In this document: positions 59,217 through 64,000 of the stretch, one piece after another | How positions within the stretch are numbered: the stretch's first letter is position 1 | How the letters are laid out: every line of letters begins with the position of its first letter | Assembly (NCBI GenBank): GCA_963667465.2 | Contig: CAXXDN010000001.1 | Coordinates: 832,001 to 896,000 of the forward strand | Direction of reading: 5' to 3' | Length of the DNA: 64,000 bases | Origin: Dehalococcoidia bacterium | GTDB taxonomy: Bacteria; Chloroflexota; Dehalococcoidia; UBA2979 | Program-made: the position numbers and the translations under genes | Notes under the pieces: generated by a model | Told to the model about the DNA's origin: nothing | The model's database searches: none | Seen by the model: the letters and a program-made list of their open reading frames with translations, nothing else

Positions 59217-59335
59217 AGCCGCACCGCGTAGCGGGCTACCACGGATTCGATACTTTTTTCCATCGCGCAGTGTGTGAATCGCCGGGGTAGCGGGCGGCGC
59301 TGCGGCGGCCGGCTCGGCGGCGGCGAGGCGGCGTG

Positions 59336-60643
59336 CTAGATGTAGCGGAGCTCCTTCGCGGCGGCGGTCAGCTTGTCGCGGAAGCGGGGGTGGGCGAGGC
59401 CGATGATCGCCTTCGCGCGCTCACGCGTGGTCTTGCCCTTGAGTTGCGCCAGCCCGTACTCCGAAGCCAGCCAGTGCACCTCGTTGCGTGGCGTCGTGAC
59501 CGCTGCACCGGGCGTGAGCGTCGGGACGATGCGCGAGACCTCCCCGCCCTTCGCCGTCGAGTAGAACGCGATGATCGACTTGCCCCCGGGCGCGTCGAAC
59601 GCGCCGCGAGCGTAGTCGTGCTGACCGCCCGTCCCGCTGAACTGCAGCGCCCCCATCGACTCCGAGCAGCACTGGCCCGTGAGGTCCACCTCGATCGTGG
59701 AGTTGACGGAGATCATGTTGTCGTTGCGCGCGATGTTCGGCGGGAAGTTGGTATAGGAGACGGGATGCGCCTCGATGCCCGGGTTGTCGTCGAGGAACTC
59801 GTACATGCGCCGCGAGCCTGCGGCGAAGGCGTACAGCGCCTTGCCGGGATGGAACGTCTTCTGCGATCCGTCCGCGACGCCGCTCTCGATCAGGTCCACC
59901 ATCGCGTCGACGAACATCTCCGTGTGGATGCCGAGGTTGCGATGCCCGTGCAGCGCCCGGGCGAGGGCGTTCGGCACCCCGCCGATGCCGAGCTGGATGG
60001 TTGCGCCGTTCGGCGTCATCTCGGCAATCAGCTGGCCGATCGCCTCGTCCTCGGGCCGTTCGGGGACCGGGGGCAACTCGGGGAGCGCCGCGTCGTGCTC
60101 GACGATCGCGTCGACCTCGGAGACGTGCACCCACGAGTCGCCGTGGACGCGCGGCATCTGCTCGTTGACCTCGGCGAGCACGATGTCGGCTGCCTCGATC
60201 GCGGCCTTGTTGGTGTCCACGTTCGTGCCGAGGCTCATGTAGCCGTGCCGGTCCACGCGGGAGACACAGATCATGGCGACGCCGATCTCCATGAACTCCG
60301 TGAACAGCCGCGGGATCTGATGGAAGTAGTTCGGGTTGAAGTGCGCGGCGCCGGACGCCACGAGGTCGCGATCGTAGCCGTTGACGAACAGCGATTCCCA
60401 GCTGATGACGTCGCTCACATCGGACGCGAGGATCGACTCGGACGCCGCCCGCATCGGTAGCAGGCTGGACATTCGCAGGCTCGAGAGTCCGCCCGCGCGC
60501 GCCCGATCCGCCACCGCGCGTACGAGGGCGGGCGGCTCTCCGGCCGCGCTGCCCTTGACGACCAGGCTCCCGTCGGGGATGAGTGCGACGGCTTCGGCAG
60601 GCGTGCGCAGCTTGTCGCGGTACAGCTCGATTGGGTTCGCCAC
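59336..60643 (-). CDS. Acetyl-CoA hydrolase / 4-hydroxybutyrate CoA-transferase family
   Basis: EVNEQMPR.HG, IQLGIGGVPNA, GIHTEM, SGTGGQHDYARGA, EYGLAQLKGK. Confidence 0.93.
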   Translation of the reverse strand: MANPIELYRDKLRTPAEAVALIPDGSLVVKGSAAGEPPALVRAVADRARAGGLSSLRMSSLLPMRAASESILASDVSDVISWESLFVNGYDRDLVASGAAHFNPNYFHQIPRLFTEFMEIGVAMICVSRVDRHGYMSLGTNVDTNKAAIEAADIVLAEVNEQMPRVHGDSWVHVSEVDAIVEHDAALPELPPVPERPEDEAIGQLIAEMTPNGATIQLGIGGVPNALARALHGHRNLGIHTEMFVDAMVDLIESGVADGSQKTFHPGKALYAFAAGSRRMYEFLDDNPGIEAHPVSYTNFPPNIARNDNMISVNSTIEVDLTGQCCSESMGALQFSGTGGQHDYARGAFDAPGGKSIIAFYSTAKGGEVSRIVPTLTPGAAVTTPRNEVHWLASEYGLAQLKGKTTRERAKAIIGLAHPRFRDKLTAAAKELRYI

Positions 60644-60730
60644 CGTCGTACCTTCCCCCGGCGCCACTGCTGCGGCGCCCGACGGAGGCAATAGTAGCAG
60701 CGCCGCGCCGAGGGCCGGGATCGAGCGCCC

Positions 60731-61624
60731 TCAGGCAGCGTGGATGTCGTCGAGGTAGCGGGCGGCGAATGCGGCGATCAGCTCGGCGGCCTCGCCGGGG
60801 CGCGCGGACACGCCGACCCGCCCGTGCTGCACACCGATCTTCGAGGCCTCGAGGAGCGCGCGCGCGCACGCCTCCTCCTCGCCCCGCGCGATGTTCGGCA
60901 TGCCGCCGAGGCCGAAGGTCAGCTCGGCCGGGTCGCGACCGGCTTCCTCTGCGGCGCGGCGCACGGCGGCGGAGTCCTCCTGGTAGGTCGGCAGGCGGTA
61001 GATGCCGGCGAACCAGCCGTCGGCCATGCGCCCGGCGCGGCGGAACGATGCCTCGCTCCCGCCGCCCAGCCAGACCGGGATCGGAGTGGGCGGCGCGGGC
61101 CGCGAGATCCAGCCGTCGACCTCGTAGAACTCACCGTGGTAGTCCACCGGCTCACCGCTCCACAGGGCGCGCATCAGCGTGATCTGCTCCTCGATCCGCC
61201 GGCCGCGGCGCGGCCAGGGCGCGGACAGCACCTCGAACTCCTCGCGTGCCCAGCCGACACCGGCGGCGAGGTAGACGCGGCCGGGCCCGGCGAGCTGGGC
61301 GAGCGAGGCGAGGATCTTGGCGTGAAGCACCGGGTGCCGCATCGGCAGCACCAGCACCGCCGTGCCGAGGCGGATGCGCGAGGTCACGGAGGCGGCGAAG
61401 GCGAGCAGCGTGAGCGGCTCGAGCAGTGTGCGGTCCGGCCGGTAGCGGGCGGGCAGCCCGCCGGGCCGGTCCGGGTGCGTCGAGACGTGCTCCCGGGGCA
61501 TCACCACGTGGTCGGCCACGGAGAGGGCGTCGTACCCGCCCTCCTCCGCGGCCTGTGCGACCTCGATGACGTGCTCGCGCTGCGCGTGCCCGCCGAGCTG
61601 CGGCAGTCCGAGCGCGACCTCCAC
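60731..61624 (-). CDS. LLM class (putatively F420-dependent) oxidoreductase
   Basis: ADHVVMP, EPLTLLAFAASVTSRIRLGTAVLVLP.RHP, GVGW..EEF, WLGGGS. Confidence 0.9.
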   Translation of the reverse strand: MEVALGLPQLGGHAQREHVIEVAQAAEEGGYDALSVADHVVMPREHVSTHPDRPGGLPARYRPDRTLLEPLTLLAFAASVTSRIRLGTAVLVLPMRHPVLHAKILASLAQLAGPGRVYLAAGVGWAREEFEVLSAPWPRRGRRIEEQITLMRALWSGEPVDYHGEFYEVDGWISRPAPPTPIPVWLGGGSEASFRRAGRMADGWFAGIYRLPTYQEDSAAVRRAAEEAGRDPAELTFGLGGMPNIARGEEEACARALLEASKIGVQHGRVGVSARPGEAAELIAAFAARYLDDIHAA

Positions 61625-61670
61625 GACTGCGGCCTATGCGGCCCGCGTGCGCCTGCGCCGGAGGCCGCTG

Positions 61671-62978
61671 CTACCTGACGCCCACCTCGTCCTTGATGAA
61701 GGCGGCGTCCGGGAGGTCCGGCTCCGGCTGGTAGAGGATCTCCTTCGCGTAGTCAGGGGTCGGCTTCTCCGCGTTGTACGGCTCGGTCTCCGGGTCGACG
61801 CCCGGCTCCGGCAGCACGACGGGGCCGCGCTCGCGCGACGGCAGCGAAACCAGGGCGTGACCCCACGAGGCGCGCCACTTCTGGCTGTCGTAGACCATCA
61901 CGATCTTGGCGAGGTTCTCGTCGCCGCGCTGGAACTTCTCGGTGACCTCGCCGTGGATCCAGCAGACATCGCCGTAGGCGACCGGGCGCCGGCCCAGCAT
62001 CGAGAGCTCGCGCAGGAAGGCGTCGTCGCCCATCCAGTTGGTGACCATCGTGGTGCCGTAGCCGCTGCGCGGCTGGAGCACGTCGAACATGTCCGGGAAG
62101 CCGGCGAAGCGCGCGAACTGCTGGTCGTAGTGGGTGCGCTCCGGCACGTCCGGCGTCTGCGTGTCCGGGTCCGGCACGTTGGCGCCGGGGTGGCGCTTGA
62201 AGTAGTTGTACATGTTGGTGTTGGACATCATGAACGGCGCGCCGGTACCCATGTAGTACGAGATGATCTCGCGACCCACGTAGGGCATCGTGATGTAGGG
62301 GCCGACCTTGTCGCCGACCTCGACGTCCTCGTAGTAGCGCGGCTCGGCGCCGCGCACCTCGATCTTGTCGTAGGCCTCCCAGAGGTCTTGCAGCTCCTCA
62401 TCGGTGTAGACGTGGCGGCGCCAGTCGCGGTGCGGGCTGGCGGTGTCGCGGCGGCCGCGTGCGGCGTCGCGCTCCCAGCGCTTCACGAGGCCCCAGTTGT
62501 TGGCGATCATCGTGCCGTCGTCCTCGTCCACCCAGGCGTGGCGGCGGACGACGTCCAGCATGCGGCCCGCGAAGCGGCTGGGCGCGAGGTAGTGGTCCCA
62601 CATGCAGCTCTTCATCTGGATGCGCAGGCCGAGGGTGACCGGCTTGTAGAACGTCCAGAACAGCGAGGCGTGCGTGGCGTGCACGCCGGGGAAGCCCCCG
62701 CCCCCCTGCCCGGCGCGACGGCCGAACGAGTCGAGGAACAGCGGGTGTGCGACCAGGCCGCCCCAGCGGGTGTTCGCGGCGTACTCCTCGTCCTGGAAGA
62801 GCGGGTTGGCATTGCCGATGCCGAGCGCGTAGTGCTCGAAGGCGTCGCGGGTGCAGTCGCGCCACCAGGGCACATCGGGTCGCCAGGAGGCGAAGCGCCT
62901 GGAGATGCGCTCCATCTCCTCGTCGGTGATCTTGCCCCAGGTGCTGGGTCGTTCTCGGCGCTCAGTCGTCACGGACAT
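61671..62978 (-). CDS. MaoC-like double hot-dog dehydratase
   Basis: YALGIGNANPLFQDEEYA..TRWGGLVAHP, RYYEDVEVGD, THYD..FA, TNWMGDDAFL, YGD. Confidence 0.8.
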   Translation of the reverse strand: MSVTTERRERPSTWGKITDEEMERISRRFASWRPDVPWWRDCTRDAFEHYALGIGNANPLFQDEEYAANTRWGGLVAHPLFLDSFGRRAGQGGGGFPGVHATHASLFWTFYKPVTLGLRIQMKSCMWDHYLAPSRFAGRMLDVVRRHAWVDEDDGTMIANNWGLVKRWERDAARGRRDTASPHRDWRRHVYTDEELQDLWEAYDKIEVRGAEPRYYEDVEVGDKVGPYITMPYVGREIISYYMGTGAPFMMSNTNMYNYFKRHPGANVPDPDTQTPDVPERTHYDQQFARFAGFPDMFDVLQPRSGYGTTMVTNWMGDDAFLRELSMLGRRPVAYGDVCWIHGEVTEKFQRGDENLAKIVMVYDSQKWRASWGHALVSLPSRERGPVVLPEPGVDPETEPYNAEKPTPDYAKEILYQPEPDLPDAAFIKDEVGVR

Positions 62979-63023
62979 GCTCCTTCGTCGCTCGTCGGCA
63001 TACCGGCGTACCGGCAGCGCCAC

Positions 63024-63029
63024 TATAAT
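63024..63029 (+). promoter_or_regulatory. -10 element TATAAT upstream of the microprotein operon
   Basis: Perfect consensus hexamer in a GC-rich divergent intergenic region, about 40 nt before ATG 63069. Confidence 0.55.
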
Positions 63030-63068
63030 GCCGTTCACGGAAACGCGGGGCGCGTGCGAGGGACAGGC

Positions 63069-63185
63069 ATGGCGAACCAGACCGGCAAACGCTACTACTG
63101 CGAGCGCTGCGGCTCCGAGTTCATCGTCACCACCGGCGGCAGCGGCGAAATGACCTGCTGCGACCAGCCCGTCACGAGGCGCTAA
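63069..63185 (+). CDS. Desulforedoxin-like microprotein (38 aa)
   Basis: MANQTGKRYYCERCGSEFIVTTGGSGEMTCCDQPVTRR: C-x2-C-x15-CC; RBS GAGGGA. Confidence 0.85.
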   Translation: MANQTGKRYYCERCGSEFIVTTGGSGEMTCCDQPVTRR

Positions 63186-63188
63186 CCC

Positions 63189-63332
63189 GTGGTCAACGAT
63201 CTGGGACACCGCTACCGCTGCGAGGAGTGCGGCACCGTGGTGCTCTGCATCCGCCGCGGCGAGGGCGAGATCCACTGCTGCGCCAGACAGATGCTGCTGC
63301 TCGCCCCGCGCGAGTTGCCCTCGGCCGACTAG
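63189..63332 (+). CDS. Second desulforedoxin-like microprotein (47 aa; below the ORF track cutoff)
   Basis: MVNDLGHRYRCEECGTVVLCIRRGEGEIHCCARQMLLLAPRELPSAD: C-x2-C-x15-CC; RBS GAGG; starts 3 nt after the previous stop. Confidence 0.83.
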   Translation: MVNDLGHRYRCEECGTVVLCIRRGEGEIHCCARQMLLLAPRELPSAD

Positions 63333-63346
63333 CTCGACTGGACGCG

Positions 63347-63811
63347 ATGCGCACGCTCGACATCTTCTTCGACGTCGACTACACGATTCTCGGCCTCGAC
63401 GGTTCACTGCGCCCGTGGACGCGCGAGGTGTTCGAGCGACTGCGGGCGGACGGGCACCGCGTGCATGTCTGGTCGGGCGCCGGCGACCGCTCGGCGGTGA
63501 TCCGGGAGCACGGGCTGGAGCACCTGGTGGAGGCCTGCTACCACAAGCCGCTCGCCGACCACGAGGCGGCGCTCGAGGTGCTCGGCGTCCCGCTCACTCC
63601 GGACTTCGTCGTCGACGACTCGCCGGAGATCCCGGCGGTCTTCGGCGGTGCGCTGGTGGCGGCCTACACGGCGGGCACGCCGAGCGACTTCTTCCCGCGC
63701 GACCGCGATGAGGAGCTGCTGCGCGCCTGCGAGGCGGCGCGCGAGTTCGCCACCACCGGCGCCTCGGCGGACCCTCGCTACTGCGCGAAGGGCAGCCGCG
63801 TCCGGCTCTAG
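63347..63811 (+). CDS. Small capless HAD-superfamily protein
   Basis: IFFDVDYT (DxD), VWS, K, VVDD motifs in 154 aa. Confidence 0.75.
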   Translation: MRTLDIFFDVDYTILGLDGSLRPWTREVFERLRADGHRVHVWSGAGDRSAVIREHGLEHLVEACYHKPLADHEAALEVLGVPLTPDFVVDDSPEIPAVFGGALVAAYTAGTPSDFFPRDRDEELLRACEAAREFATTGASADPRYCAKGSRVRL

Positions 63812-63915
63812 CGTGGGACGCCGCGGCGGCAATGGGGTCGGCGCCGCCCCGATGCCGCGCCCAAGGTGGTACAACAGGCACCGGGCGCGCGGACCGCGAG
63901 CGCGAGGGGGCGAGC

Positions 63916-64000
63916 ATGGCGGACAACGGGACGAGTGGAGACAGTGCCGGAGTTGGTACGGATAGTGGAGCGGCGCCCGGACTGCTGAGCGGCCTGCAGG
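63916..64000 (+). CDS. Partial CDS, possibly a CoA transferase N-terminus
   Basis: RBS GAGGGGG, ATG, MADNG..GLLSGLQ, truncated by the window edge. Confidence 0.35.
   Translation, partial: MADNGTSGDSAGVGTDSGAAPGLLSGLQ

Overview
High-GC (about 70% by eye) bacterial chromosomal window, mostly metabolic: CoA transferases, acyl-CoA dehydrogenase, crotonases, SDRs, luciferase-like and nitronate monooxygenases, otsBA/treT trehalose genes, gltA, ccr, amtB-glnK-glnD and gcvTHP. The paralog content suggests Chloroflexota Dehalococcoidia (SAR202/Tepidiformales-like); this is inference only. Accessory loci are a type III R-M system, a Dam-family methyltransferase with a convergent PD-(D/E)xK nuclease, an AlbA_2/HATPase/HTH gene and a complete IS110. 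Main finds: (1) the IS110 carries a readable bridge RNA whose guides match its own ends and the host REP-like repeat it inserted into; (2) an unassigned, highly structured ~260-nt RNA with its own promoter; (3) a UxxC selenoprotein with a SECIS-like hairpin, split in two by the ORF caller; (4) two tandem desulforedoxin-like microproteins followed by a small HAD protein; (5) GlnR-type boxes upstream of amtB. All calls come from motif reading by eye; no database searches were run. No rRNA, tRNA or CRISPR array was seen.
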